Of a stretch of DNA of 64,000 nucleotides, positions 29,386-38,401 are shown one piece after another. A program made the translations under genes and the position numbers. Each line of letters opens with the position of its first letter. Position 1 is the first letter of the stretch. The DNA is from an uncultured Methylomirabilota bacterium (GTDB lineage Bacteria > Methylomirabilota > Methylomirabilia > Methylomirabilales > 2-02-FULL-66-22). The notes beneath the pieces are model-generated. The model was not told the DNA's origin, made no database searches, and worked only from the letters and a program-made list of their open reading frames with translations. The DNA lies in assembly GCA_963845565.1 (NCBI GenBank), contig CAWJSJ010000001.1:704001-768000 (forward strand), written 5' to 3'.

Positions 29386-30669
29386 ATGCTGACGATTTTG
29401 GCGCTGACATTTCTAGTGACGGCCGCGATCGGCGTCCCAATCGCCTTTGCCCTCGGTTTGGCGGCGGCGGCGGCGGTGGTGGTCTGGGGGCAGGTGCCAC
29501 TCTGGCTGCTTCCCCAGCGGATGTTCACAGGGGTGGACAGCTTTGTCTTCATGGCCATTCCCTTCTTCATCCTCGCGGGCGAGCTGATGTGTACCTCAGG
29601 GATCCTCGACCGTCTTGTGAAGTTCACCGACGCGTTAGTAGGTCACATTCGGGGTGGATTGGCTCACGTGAACATCGTGGCAAGCATGATCTTTGCGGGA
29701 ATCAGTGGTTCCGCCGTCGCCGATGCTGCGGCTCTGGGTGCAATCTTGATCCCGAGCATGCAGAAAGAGTACGACGTCGATTTCGGGAGTGGAGTCTGCG
29801 CGGGCGCTTCGACCATCGGACCCATCATCCCGCCCAGCATCCCGATGGTCATTTATGCCCTGGCTGCCGGTGGGGTTTCGATTGCGGGCCTGTTTTTGGC
29901 CGGGGTCATTCCTGGCATTCTCATGGGTCTAGGAATGATGACCATCGCGTATATCATCGCACGGCGCCGCGGTTATCCGGTCCGACCCCGATCGCTCTCT
30001 GCGGGCGACCTCCTGGTGCGGTTGTGGCAGGTGATCCCGGCGTTGCTCATGCCGATCATTATCGTGGGTGGGATTCTCGGCGGGATCTTCACCGCGACGG
30101 AGGCGGCAGCCGTCGCGGTGGCGTATGCCGTTCTGGTGGGATTTCTGGTTACCAAAGAACTAAGATGGCGAGACATTCCCCCTGCCCTGCTGAAGGCGGG
30201 CATTACCACGTCTGTGGTCTTTATGCTCATTGCGACGTCCAACGTGGTTTCCTGGCTACTCACTACCCAGCAGGTTCCCCGTTTGGTCGCTCAGTTTCTC
30301 CGGGACGTGGCCCCCAGCCCCTGGATTTTCCTCTTGTTGGTGAACATCTTCCTCCTGATCGTCGGCTGCTTGCTGGACCTCAGTGCCGCGATCATCATGT
30401 TCGTGCCTATCTTGGCGCCGGTGGCGTTGATCTATGGCGTGGACCCTCTCCATTTCGGCTTCGTTGTGGTGCTCAACCTAGTCATCGGCCTGCTGACCCC
30501 ACCGGTCGGGGTCTGCCTTTTCGTGGTTGCCGGGATTGCCAGAATCTCGTTGGAGCGTCTGGTTCGAGCGGTCTGGCCGTTCTTGCTCTGGCAGCTTGCG
30601 GTACTCGGACTGGTTACCTACGTGCCTGGAGTTTGCACAGCGATTCCGCGATTCTTCGGATACCAGTGA
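29386..30669 (+). CDS. dctM: TRAP transporter large permease
   Basis: AIPFFILAG, GGLAHVN, SGSAVAD, GPIIPPS, FTATEA, TPPVG. Confidence 0.95.
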   Translation: MLTILALTFLVTAAIGVPIAFALGLAAAAAVVVWGQVPLWLLPQRMFTGVDSFVFMAIPFFILAGELMCTSGILDRLVKFTDALVGHIRGGLAHVNIVASMIFAGISGSAVADAAALGAILIPSMQKEYDVDFGSGVCAGASTIGPIIPPSIPMVIYALAAGGVSIAGLFLAGVIPGILMGLGMMTIAYIIARRRGYPVRPRSLSAGDLLVRLWQVIPALLMPIIIVGGILGGIFTATEAAAVAVAYAVLVGFLVTKELRWRDIPPALLKAGITTSVVFMLIATSNVVSWLLTTQQVPRLVAQFLRDVAPSPWIFLLLVNIFLLIVGCLLDLSAAIIMFVPILAPVALIYGVDPLHFGFVVVLNLVIGLLTPPVGVCLFVVAGIARISLERLVRAVWPFLLWQLAVLGLVTYVPGVCTAIPRFFGYQ

Positions 30670-30785
30670 GGTACGGCGCACAACCGATGACCGTCAACGA
30701 AAGGAGGTGGGGTCATTCCTTGTATCAGCCGGAAAGTGTTGCATCTGGTTGGCAACCTCACGTGAGAGAAGGAGGATACGGTACC

Positions 30786-31826
30786 ATGTCTAAGTACGTT
30801 TCGGCGATAGCGGTAGGGATCTGTTTGCTGCTGGTTGGGCTTGCCCCCGGCGCGCTTCCGACGGTGCAGGCCGCGCAGTTCGATATTCGGCTCGGTCACT
30901 CCGATCCCCCGGATATCCACACATCGCGAAAGGCAGCGGGATCCACGGTGTTTAAGAATCTGGTCGAGAACGAGACGGGCGGGGCCGTCAAGATCAACTT
31001 GTTCCCGGCGGGCCAGCTCGGAGCCGAGCGCGAGGTGGCTGAGGCGGTCAAGCTGGGCAGCGTCCAAATGGGAATGCTGTCCGGTCCGTTCAGCGGGTTC
31101 TGCAAGGAAGCGCAGGTGTTCGATATTCCCTATCTCTTCCCGTCGCTCCTCGTGGCGTATCGTACGCTGGACGGGCCGTTTGGCAAGGAGCTGGCGCAGG
31201 AGTGCCTGCAGAAGACTGGCATGCGCATTTTGACCTATGCCCAGGTCGGCTTCCGCAATTTCACGAACTCCGCGCGCGTCATCAAGAGCCCTGCGGATGT
31301 GAAGGGGCTCAAGTTCCGGGTGATGGAGAATCCGGTCTACATGAACCTCGTGCGGTCCATGGGTGGCGCGCCGACGCCGATCCCCTGGCCGGAGACCTAC
31401 ACCGCGCTCCAGCAAAAGGTCGTGGATGGGCAGGAGAATCCGATCTCCGCGATTCAGTTCGCCAAGCTGTATGAGGTGCAGAAGTATATGACCATGGATG
31501 GGCACACCTTCGGCGTGAGCTTCATGCTCATCAATGAGAAGTTCTTCCAGAGTCTGCCCAAGGAGTACCAGGCGATCGTGAAGAATGCGGCCGTGACCTC
31601 GGCGGTTTCCGAGAACGGAATCGACAACCTCGTTTCTGCCATCGGCATCCAGTTTCTGAAGGACAAGGGAATGGAGATCTACACTCCGACAGCCTCGGAG
31701 AAGACCCAGTTCAGGACTGCAGCGCAACCGGCAGTCATCGAGTACCTGGAGAAGCAGATCGGCCGGCCCTGGATCGATAAGGTGCTGAACGCCGTCAAGC
31801 AGACGGAAGCGGCGTTGGCGCAATAA
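30786..31826 (+). CDS. dctP: TRAP transporter substrate-binding protein
   Basis: Signal peptide, FPAGQLG, GFRNFT, GLKFRVM (carboxylate-binding Arg), YTALQQKVVDGQEN; RBS AAGGAGG. Confidence 0.93.
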   Translation: MSKYVSAIAVGICLLLVGLAPGALPTVQAAQFDIRLGHSDPPDIHTSRKAAGSTVFKNLVENETGGAVKINLFPAGQLGAEREVAEAVKLGSVQMGMLSGPFSGFCKEAQVFDIPYLFPSLLVAYRTLDGPFGKELAQECLQKTGMRILTYAQVGFRNFTNSARVIKSPADVKGLKFRVMENPVYMNLVRSMGGAPTPIPWPETYTALQQKVVDGQENPISAIQFAKLYEVQKYMTMDGHTFGVSFMLINEKFFQSLPKEYQAIVKNAAVTSAVSENGIDNLVSAIGIQFLKDKGMEIYTPTASEKTQFRTAAQPAVIEYLEKQIGRPWIDKVLNAVKQTEAALAQ

Positions 31827-32017
31827 GGAGAATTTCGCGCACGCTTGGACTCGCGTCCGAGATGGATGTGGCCCTCCCGGTCGGATCGATCATTGGTCGA
31901 GGAGGCGAAGGCCTGACACATGGCACGCTGCGAGGGCAGGCGTTGTTTGTCTGTCCTCGCAGCAGAATGTGCTGATATGAAAGGGGTGCTGCTTCTCACA
32001 CTTGTGAGGTCGGTCAA

Positions 32018-32329
32018 ACGATAGTTATCCGTTTCTTCGCAAGCATCCGAAATGTGACGGGTGTGAAGGAGATCGAGTGGGACGAGCCGACGCCCACGCT
32101 GGGCGAATTGCTCCGTCTGCTTTCGAATCAGTACGGCCCTGAGTTTCGGCGGTGGGTGCTCGATGGTGGGAACCTGAGTGGCGCGGTCATGGTGGTGATC
32201 AACGGCGACGATGCGCGGCACCAGGCGGGGCTGTCAACACCTCTCCACCCGGAGGACGTCGTGTCAATCCTGCCCATGATGGCCGGGGGGTCTGGTGTAG
32301 GGCGGGGAGGGGACCATGGCGCCGTTTGA
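32018..32329 (+). CDS. MoaD/ThiS family sulfur carrier
   Basis: IVIRFFASIRNVTG..VING..LHPEDVVSILPMMAGG; conserved N-terminus begins at ACG 32018, upstream of the first GTG at 32054. Confidence 0.78.
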   Translation, partial: TIVIRFFASIRNVTGVKEIEWDEPTPTLGELLRLLSNQYGPEFRRWVLDGGNLSGAVMVVINGDDARHQAGLSTPLHPEDVVSILPMMAGGSGVGRGGDHGAV

Positions 32330-33443
32330 CGCAGGTAAATTATACCGCCTTATGGAGGAGGCGGGCTTGCAAATGGTTCTCGCCTGTACGCGGCACAACG
32401 TCCGGTACCTCACGGGAGGGTACGCGTATCATTTCCTTTCCCGCGCACCGCGATTTGGACGCAGCCAGTATCTCCCGTTCGTGGGCCTCCCCCGAGGGCG
32501 CTTCGATGAGGCGTTCTATGTCGGTCGTGCGGATGAGCGCAGCCAGATCGAAACGGAAGGGCTCTGGATCTCCCACCGGATAGCCACGCCGGTCGGCACG
32601 GTCAATGCGGCTGAAGGCGTGATGCAGGCGGCCCGGCAGCTCGGTATTACCGAGGGCGTTATAGGGGTGGAGATGTCCTTTCTCCCCGGGGATGCGCTCC
32701 TCACGCTGCAGCGCGGTCTCCCCAAGGTGACGTTCGTGGACGCCACACCGGTCCTGGAAGAGCTCCGCGCCGTGAAGACGCCAGCCGAGGTGGCCCACCT
32801 GCGGACAGTGTACGACCGTGTGGCAGAGGCGATCCAGGCCGCGTTCGCCGCCGGCAGGCCCGGAGTGACGACCGCGGCGATCGCGCGACGGGTAGAGCGG
32901 GAGATGGCTCAGCGAAACGTTGCCTTCCTCTTTGCCTTCACGTGCGCCGGACCGGGGACTCTCCGGGTGCCGTCTTCTGTCCGATGGGAATCCGGGTGCG
33001 TCCTCCACATTGACGCCGGGGGAGAGGAGGGCGATTATCTGGCCGACATTTGTCGGATGGGGTGCCTTGGAGAGCCCTCAAGCCTCGCTCGGGACTTACA
33101 CGGGGCCTGCATCGAGGTGCAGGGACGGGCCCGGAAGTTGGTGCGGGCAGGTCTCCCGTGTCGGGAGCTGTTGGTTGAAGGGGAGCGCGCGGTCAGAGAG
33201 AATCGCTTCTGTTCCTATGGCAGATTCGTGGCCCACGGTATTGGCATGGTGTCCCACGAGCAGCCGGACATCTCGTCCAGTGATACGCGGCCGCTGGAGG
33301 CCGGCATGGTCCTCTCGATCGAGACGGACTTCATTCATCCGGACGTCGGCCACGTGAAGATCGAAGACGCCGTGGCCGTGACGGAAAACGGCTGCGAGGG
33401 ACTCGGCGACCTAGGCCGCGACTGGCGCATCATCCCCGTGTAA
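32316..33443 (+). CDS. M24 family (Xaa-Pro peptidase/creatinase-like) hydrolase
   Basis: NVRYLTG, LRAVKT, ID..YLADICR, HGIG..HE, SIE, KIED. Confidence 0.85.
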   Translation: MAPFDAGKLYRLMEEAGLQMVLACTRHNVRYLTGGYAYHFLSRAPRFGRSQYLPFVGLPRGRFDEAFYVGRADERSQIETEGLWISHRIATPVGTVNAAEGVMQAARQLGITEGVIGVEMSFLPGDALLTLQRGLPKVTFVDATPVLEELRAVKTPAEVAHLRTVYDRVAEAIQAAFAAGRPGVTTAAIARRVEREMAQRNVAFLFAFTCAGPGTLRVPSSVRWESGCVLHIDAGGEEGDYLADICRMGCLGEPSSLARDLHGACIEVQGRARKLVRAGLPCRELLVEGERAVRENRFCSYGRFVAHGIGMVSHEQPDISSSDTRPLEAGMVLSIETDFIHPDVGHVKIEDAVAVTENGCEGLGDLGRDWRIIPV

Positions 33444-33582
33444 GGAAATCCTGCCCCGTCTCCCTTCCCCAGAACCCCAACGGGTGAACCCCGTGTGCGT
33501 CTTGGGCTTCTTGTGGCGGCACGCCTCGGCTGATCCGCGTCATGCGACTCGGAATTCGCTGTGCCTTGCCCGCAAATACTGC

Positions 33583-33611
33583 TTGACCGGTGACGTGACG
33601 TGCCTTAGCTT
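33583..33611 (+). promoter_or_regulatory. Putative sigma70 promoter for aroK-aroB
   Basis: TTGACC, 17 nt, TAGCTT. Confidence 0.4.
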
Positions 33612-33653
33612 CCTCGTGCTTCGTAGCTCCTCCAATGATACGGTGCGATAGGC

Positions 33654-35291
33654 ATGACCGGATACAAGCGCAACATCATTCTCGGCGGTTTCATGGCGAC
33701 GGGGAAATCCTCCGTGGGGAGACGCCTGGCCATCGTGCTGGGGTATGACTTCCTCGACCTGGATACGCTGATCGCGGCGGAAACCGGCATGCCGATCTCT
33801 CAGATCTTCGCCACCCAAGGAGAAGCCGCGTTCCGGACGCTCGAAACCCGCATGGTGGAGCGGGTCGCGGGTCGAACGGGTTGCGTCGTGGCCACCGGGG
33901 GCGGCACGATCGTGAATCCGCGTAACCTGGTGGCGCTGAAACGAAGCGGGGTTGTCGTCGCGTTGACGGCGGATCCCGACACGATCCTGGCGCGGATCGG
34001 ACCGACGGAGGATCGGCCGATGCTCTGGGGGGCGGACAAGCGGGAACGGGTCCGGCTGCTCTTGGAACAGCGAGCCGACGCGTACGCCAAAGCCGATCTG
34101 ATCGTGGATGCCTCGGCCCACACCATCGATCACGTGGTGAATCATATCCTGGACTTCTTGACCCTGCATCACGTGATCGCACAACGGACAACCGTCAACC
34201 TTCCATCCATGGCCGAGAGCTTCCGCATCGCACTCGGACCGCGGTCCCACGAGGTGATCATCGGCCCCGGATTACTGGGCGAAGTCGGGAGACTGGTCAA
34301 GGACTTGGGTCTGGCTCGCACCGGGATCTTGTTGACCAATCCCGACGATAATCGGTTGTTTGGCGAGCGTGTGGCTCGGTCTCTCGCGGATGCCGGCTTC
34401 AGCGTCAGATGCGTCGAGCTCGCGGAGCGGGAAGACGCCAAAGGACTCGAGACGCTCGGCTCGCTGTATCGGCAGATGGCGGCGCAGCGACTGGAGCGGC
34501 GGTCGCCGGTTTTCGCGCTGGGCGGCGTGGTGACCGGAGAGATTGCCGGGTTCGCCGCCGCCACGTATCTGCGAGGCCTTCCGCTCATCCAGATCCCTAC
34601 CTCGCCCATCGCGCAAGTGGATACCAGCATTGGCGGCAAGGTCGCCGTGAATCTTCCCGAGGGGAAGAATCTGGTCGGCGCCTTCTACCAGCCGCGCCAG
34701 GTGATCACCGACGTTGAGGCCTTGGCCTCTCTCCCGATCCGGGACTTCCGTGCCGGGTTGGCAGAGGTGGTGAAGATCGCGGCGATCCGCGACCGGGACC
34801 TTTTCGAATACCTCGAGAAGAACGTTGAAGAAGTGCTATCGCAGGACCTGCGAGCGTTGGTCCGTTTCGTGCGGCGCGCCTGCGAGATCAAGGCCTCGAT
34901 CGTGGAAGCGGACGAGTGGGAGACCGATGTCCGATCGATCCTCAATTTCGGCCATACGGTCGGGCACGCGGTGGAGGCAGCGACGGGATACCGCGGGCCG
35001 AACCATGGTGAGGCCGTGGCCATGGGAATGGTGGTCGCCGCCACCATCGCCGTCCGACGGAAGATATGCCCCGCCGACGCGCTGGATCGCCTGAAAAACC
35101 TACTGCAGGCGTTCGGTCTCCCTACCGGTCTCCTGGTCGATGCCGCGGATGTTCTTCGCTTCGTGCGATATGACAAGAAGATCCAGGACCGTCAGCTCCG
35201 GTTTGTCTTACTTCAGGGCATCGGGGAGTCGGTGGTCACGTCGCTCGAATCGCCAGACGAGCTGGAGGAGGCGCTGAAGGCATGCGCCTGA
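33654..35291 (+). CDS. aroKB: Shikimate kinase / 3-dehydroquinate synthase fusion
   Basis: GFMATGKSSVG P-loop, GEAAFR, ATGGG, RPML; then QVDTSIGGK, GKNLVGAFYQP, LNFGHTVGHA, HGEAV. Confidence 0.9.
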   Translation: MTGYKRNIILGGFMATGKSSVGRRLAIVLGYDFLDLDTLIAAETGMPISQIFATQGEAAFRTLETRMVERVAGRTGCVVATGGGTIVNPRNLVALKRSGVVVALTADPDTILARIGPTEDRPMLWGADKRERVRLLLEQRADAYAKADLIVDASAHTIDHVVNHILDFLTLHHVIAQRTTVNLPSMAESFRIALGPRSHEVIIGPGLLGEVGRLVKDLGLARTGILLTNPDDNRLFGERVARSLADAGFSVRCVELAEREDAKGLETLGSLYRQMAAQRLERRSPVFALGGVVTGEIAGFAAATYLRGLPLIQIPTSPIAQVDTSIGGKVAVNLPEGKNLVGAFYQPRQVITDVEALASLPIRDFRAGLAEVVKIAAIRDRDLFEYLEKNVEEVLSQDLRALVRFVRRACEIKASIVEADEWETDVRSILNFGHTVGHAVEAATGYRGPNHGEAVAMGMVVAATIAVRRKICPADALDRLKNLLQAFGLPTGLLVDAADVLRFVRYDKKIQDRQLRFVLLQGIGESVVTSLESPDELEEALKACA

Positions 35292-35348
35292 CCCGATAGG
35301 ATGGCTGCAAGAGACAGTGGACGCTAGTCAGGAGGCGAACTGATCCCT

Positions 35349-36443
35349 ATGGATGCGGTGCGCGTGAACCTCAAAGGTCGAGGATACGAAATCCTTGTGG
35401 GGCCGGACCTGCTTCGCCAGTCCGGCGACATGATCCGGCCGCTGGCGCTCGGGCGACACCTCGCGCTCGTCACGCACCCGGTTTTGGCGGAAACCCACGG
35501 GTACGCCCCGGCGCTGGCCGCCTCGCTGCGGGAGGTTGGCCACGAGGTGAGCCTCGTCACGGTCCCCCCCGGCGAGGAGAGCAAATCCTTGGATCAGGCG
35601 GCTCGCCTGTGTCGGGAGTTGGTGCGTGTCGGGCTGGACCGCGGCTCCGCTATTCTCGCGCTCGGTGGCGGAGTGATCGGAGACCTCGCCGGGTTCGTTG
35701 CCGCCACACTTTTTCGGGGCATTTCGTTCATCAATCTCCCAACCACGCTCCTGGCGCAGGTGGACAGCAGCATCGGGGGAAAGACAGGCGTAAACCTCCC
35801 CGAGGGAAAGAACTTGGTCGGCACGTTCTATCAGCCGCGATTGGTCCTGGCAGACGTGCTGACGTTGAAAACGCTCCCGCCGCGGGAGTTTCGTTCGGGA
35901 TTGGCGGAAGTCGTCAAGCACGCCATGATCGCGGATGCGGAGCTTTTCGGCACGCTGGAGCGAGATACCGATCGGGTACTGGCTCGGAATGCGGAGGTCC
36001 TTCAAGGCATCGTGGCGAAGAACTGCGCCATCAAGGCTCGGATCGTGGAGCAGGACGAGCGCGAGACGGGAGTCCGCGCGGTCCTGAATTTCGGGCATAC
36101 CGTCGGCCATGCGGTCGAGGCGGCACTCGGCTATGGGGTGGTCACGCACGGCGAAGCGGTGGCGTACGGGATGCTGGTCGCAACGGCGCTCTCGGTCCGG
36201 CGGGGTCTGTGCACGCGCTCGGATGCCGCTCGGCTGGCAGCGCTCCTGCGCCGGTTCGCCCTCGTCCCGGCTGCGCCGCCGTCGCCGGAACTCCTTGAAA
36301 AATATATGGTTAGAGACAAGAAGACGCGCGACGGGGTGCTGCAATTCGTGTTGACACCTGGAGTGGGAAATGTTACCGTCGCGCCGGTTTCCGACCGGAA
36401 CGATCTCCGGGAAGCCCTCCATAACTGGCAGGCGTACGTCTAG
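35349..36443 (+). CDS. aroB: 3-dehydroquinate synthase
   Basis: GGGVIGDLAGF, PTTLLAQVDSSIGGKTG, LNFGHTVGHA, HGEAV, DKK. Confidence 0.96.
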   Translation: MDAVRVNLKGRGYEILVGPDLLRQSGDMIRPLALGRHLALVTHPVLAETHGYAPALAASLREVGHEVSLVTVPPGEESKSLDQAARLCRELVRVGLDRGSAILALGGGVIGDLAGFVAATLFRGISFINLPTTLLAQVDSSIGGKTGVNLPEGKNLVGTFYQPRLVLADVLTLKTLPPREFRSGLAEVVKHAMIADAELFGTLERDTDRVLARNAEVLQGIVAKNCAIKARIVEQDERETGVRAVLNFGHTVGHAVEAALGYGVVTHGEAVAYGMLVATALSVRRGLCTRSDAARLAALLRRFALVPAAPPSPELLEKYMVRDKKTRDGVLQFVLTPGVGNVTVAPVSDRNDLREALHNWQAYV

Positions 36444-36570
36444 GTTCCGCGAACACAGAAGACAGGCGATTCGAGACTCCGCGCCGGAGAGTGCGGGCGC
36501 CCGGATCCCCTCGGTGGTGTTTTTCGCGAACGGCGCACGGATGAGCCTCGAACGCCTGTAGGAGTCTGTC

Positions 36571-37245
36571 GTGATCCCGAATGGAGATGCGCGTCCGGCG
36601 GTGGATCCGAGCGAGTCCTCGTTCGTTCGCCTGGCCGAAGCCTACCGCCGAGAAGGACTGCTCGAAGATGCGATTCGTATCTGCCGAGAAGGGCTGACCC
36701 GGTTTCCGACCACGCTGCGCGGACGGATTCTCCTGGGGCAGATCCTACTCGAGCAGGGGGAGACCCCGGAGGCCACGGCAGAGTTCGACCGTGTGGAGCG
36801 CGAGTCTTCCGGGAATCCCGAGATCCTCGCGCTCCTCCGCGAGGCGCGCCCCCCGGTTGCCCCGCAGCGCGCCGATGATGTCGGATCGCTCGAAACGGCC
36901 GGTCCGCTCGAGGGCGCGCCCGAAACCGGGTACGCCGCGGCCCACGAGCCGGGTCTCCTCTTCCTGGATTTTCCCGAGTACGCCGGATCCCCCGGGATGC
37001 ACACGACGAATGCCCCGGTCGACCCGCTGGCGAGCTCGACCTTGGCGGCGTTGTATGCCGATCAAGGGGATCCCGTCCGGGCGGAAGCCATCCGGCGGCA
37101 GCTCGAGGCGGGGAGGCCGGGCGGAGCGCCGACAGGGGCAACGCCACGAACGGGCGAGGCGCCGGGCACGCGGTATCTTGATCGACTGCTCCGACTGCGT
37201 GACGTCGTGCAGCGGTTGCGAACGGAGTATACTCGCTCGGCGTGA
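36571..37245 (+). CDS. Tetratricopeptide repeat protein
   Basis: FVRLAEAYRREGLLEDAIRICREGL..GRILLGQILLEQG; TLAALYADQG. Confidence 0.8.
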   Translation: MIPNGDARPAVDPSESSFVRLAEAYRREGLLEDAIRICREGLTRFPTTLRGRILLGQILLEQGETPEATAEFDRVERESSGNPEILALLREARPPVAPQRADDVGSLETAGPLEGAPETGYAAAHEPGLLFLDFPEYAGSPGMHTTNAPVDPLASSTLAALYADQGDPVRAEAIRRQLEAGRPGGAPTGATPRTGEAPGTRYLDRLLRLRDVVQRLRTEYTRSA

Positions 37246-37320
37246 CGAGTGCGCGCGGGTGGTCTTGGGGGGGGCGCCCGCATCATGTTCTCGTTCTTGC
37301 TTTGAAAGGAGTGGACGCAC

Positions 37321-37878
37321 GTGATCTCTGCCGGTGATCTACGCCCAGGAATGAAGATCGAGATGGATGGCGTTCCCTTTATCGTGACCGACTCCCAGTG
37401 GGTCAAGCCTGGCAAGGGGGGCGCCTTTAATCGCACCAAGCTGCGGAACATGCGGACGGGATCCATCGCCGAGCGGACGTTCCGCACCGAGGAAAAGGTG
37501 GATCAAGCCGTTCTGGAGGAGCGGCGGGCGCAGTTCCTGTATCGGAGCGACGACGAGTTCCACTTCATGGACACCGAGAGCTACGAGCAGTTCTTCCTCC
37601 CCGAGGGGCAGATGGGCGATGCGAGCACCTACCTGAAAGAGGAAATGGTCGTGACCATCGTCTCGCATGGCGGGAGCCCGCTGGACGTGGTCGTCCCCAC
37701 GTTCGTGGAGTTGTTGGTGGCCGAGACCGACCCGGGGCTTCGGGGCGACACGGCATCGGGCGGCTCCAAGCCGGCCACCCTCGAGACGGGCGCGGTGATC
37801 CAGGTCCCCCTCTTCATCAACGTCGGAGACCGGCTTCGCGTAGACACGCGCACGGGGAGCTACATCGAGCGCGCGTGA
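37321..37878 (+). CDS. efp: Elongation factor P
   Basis: [34 protein letters not shown]. Confidence 0.97.
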   Translation: MISAGDLRPGMKIEMDGVPFIVTDSQWVKPGKGGAFNRTKLRNMRTGSIAERTFRTEEKVDQAVLEERRAQFLYRSDDEFHFMDTESYEQFFLPEGQMGDASTYLKEEMVVTIVSHGGSPLDVVVPTFVELLVAETDPGLRGDTASGGSKPATLETGAVIQVPLFINVGDRLRVDTRTGSYIERA

Positions 37879-37889
37879 CAGGAGCCCCC

Positions 37890-38339
37890 ATGGACCTGAA
37901 AGAGCTCAAAGCCCTCCTCCGACTGATGGAGGGTAACGACGTGGAAGAGCTGGAGGTGGAGGAGGGGGGCAGACGCGTGCGCATCCGCCGCCGGTCGGGC
38001 GACGTGACCCCGCCGGTCGCGGTGCGTTCCGGCCTGCCGGGACAGGCAGGCGCCAAGTTCGCTGCAGCACCGACCGGCGCCGCCGCGGATACCGCCGGTT
38101 TCACCCCCGTCGAGTCCCCCATGGTGGGCACGTTCTATCGGGCACCTGCGCCCGGCGCCGACCCGTACGTCAAGGAAGGCGACCTGATACAGAAGGGCAC
38201 GGTGGTCTGCATCGTCGAAGCGATGAAACTGATGAACGAGATCGAAAGCGACGTGGCCGGTCGCATCGTGAAGATCGTGGCCGAGAATGGCAAACCCGTG
38301 GAATTCGGCCAGGCCCTTTTCCTGGTGGAGCCGTCTTAG
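37890..38339 (+). CDS. accB: Biotin carboxyl carrier protein
   Basis: [17 protein letters not shown] biotinylation motif. Confidence 0.96.
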   Translation: MDLKELKALLRLMEGNDVEELEVEEGGRRVRIRRRSGDVTPPVAVRSGLPGQAGAKFAAAPTGAAADTAGFTPVESPMVGTFYRAPAPGADPYVKEGDLIQKGTVVCIVEAMKLMNEIESDVAGRIVKIVAENGKPVEFGQALFLVEPS

Positions 38340-38401
38340 AGGTATGCGCGCACGGTTCTCTTGGTCCCCCACAACCGTGTCAATAGCCGAATAACCTTCC
38401 A

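Noticed and set aside
29589..30785. 745-aa ORF suggesting a long N-terminal extension on DctP
   Set aside because: The extension overlaps dctM out of frame; the real start is ATG 30786 with RBS and signal peptide
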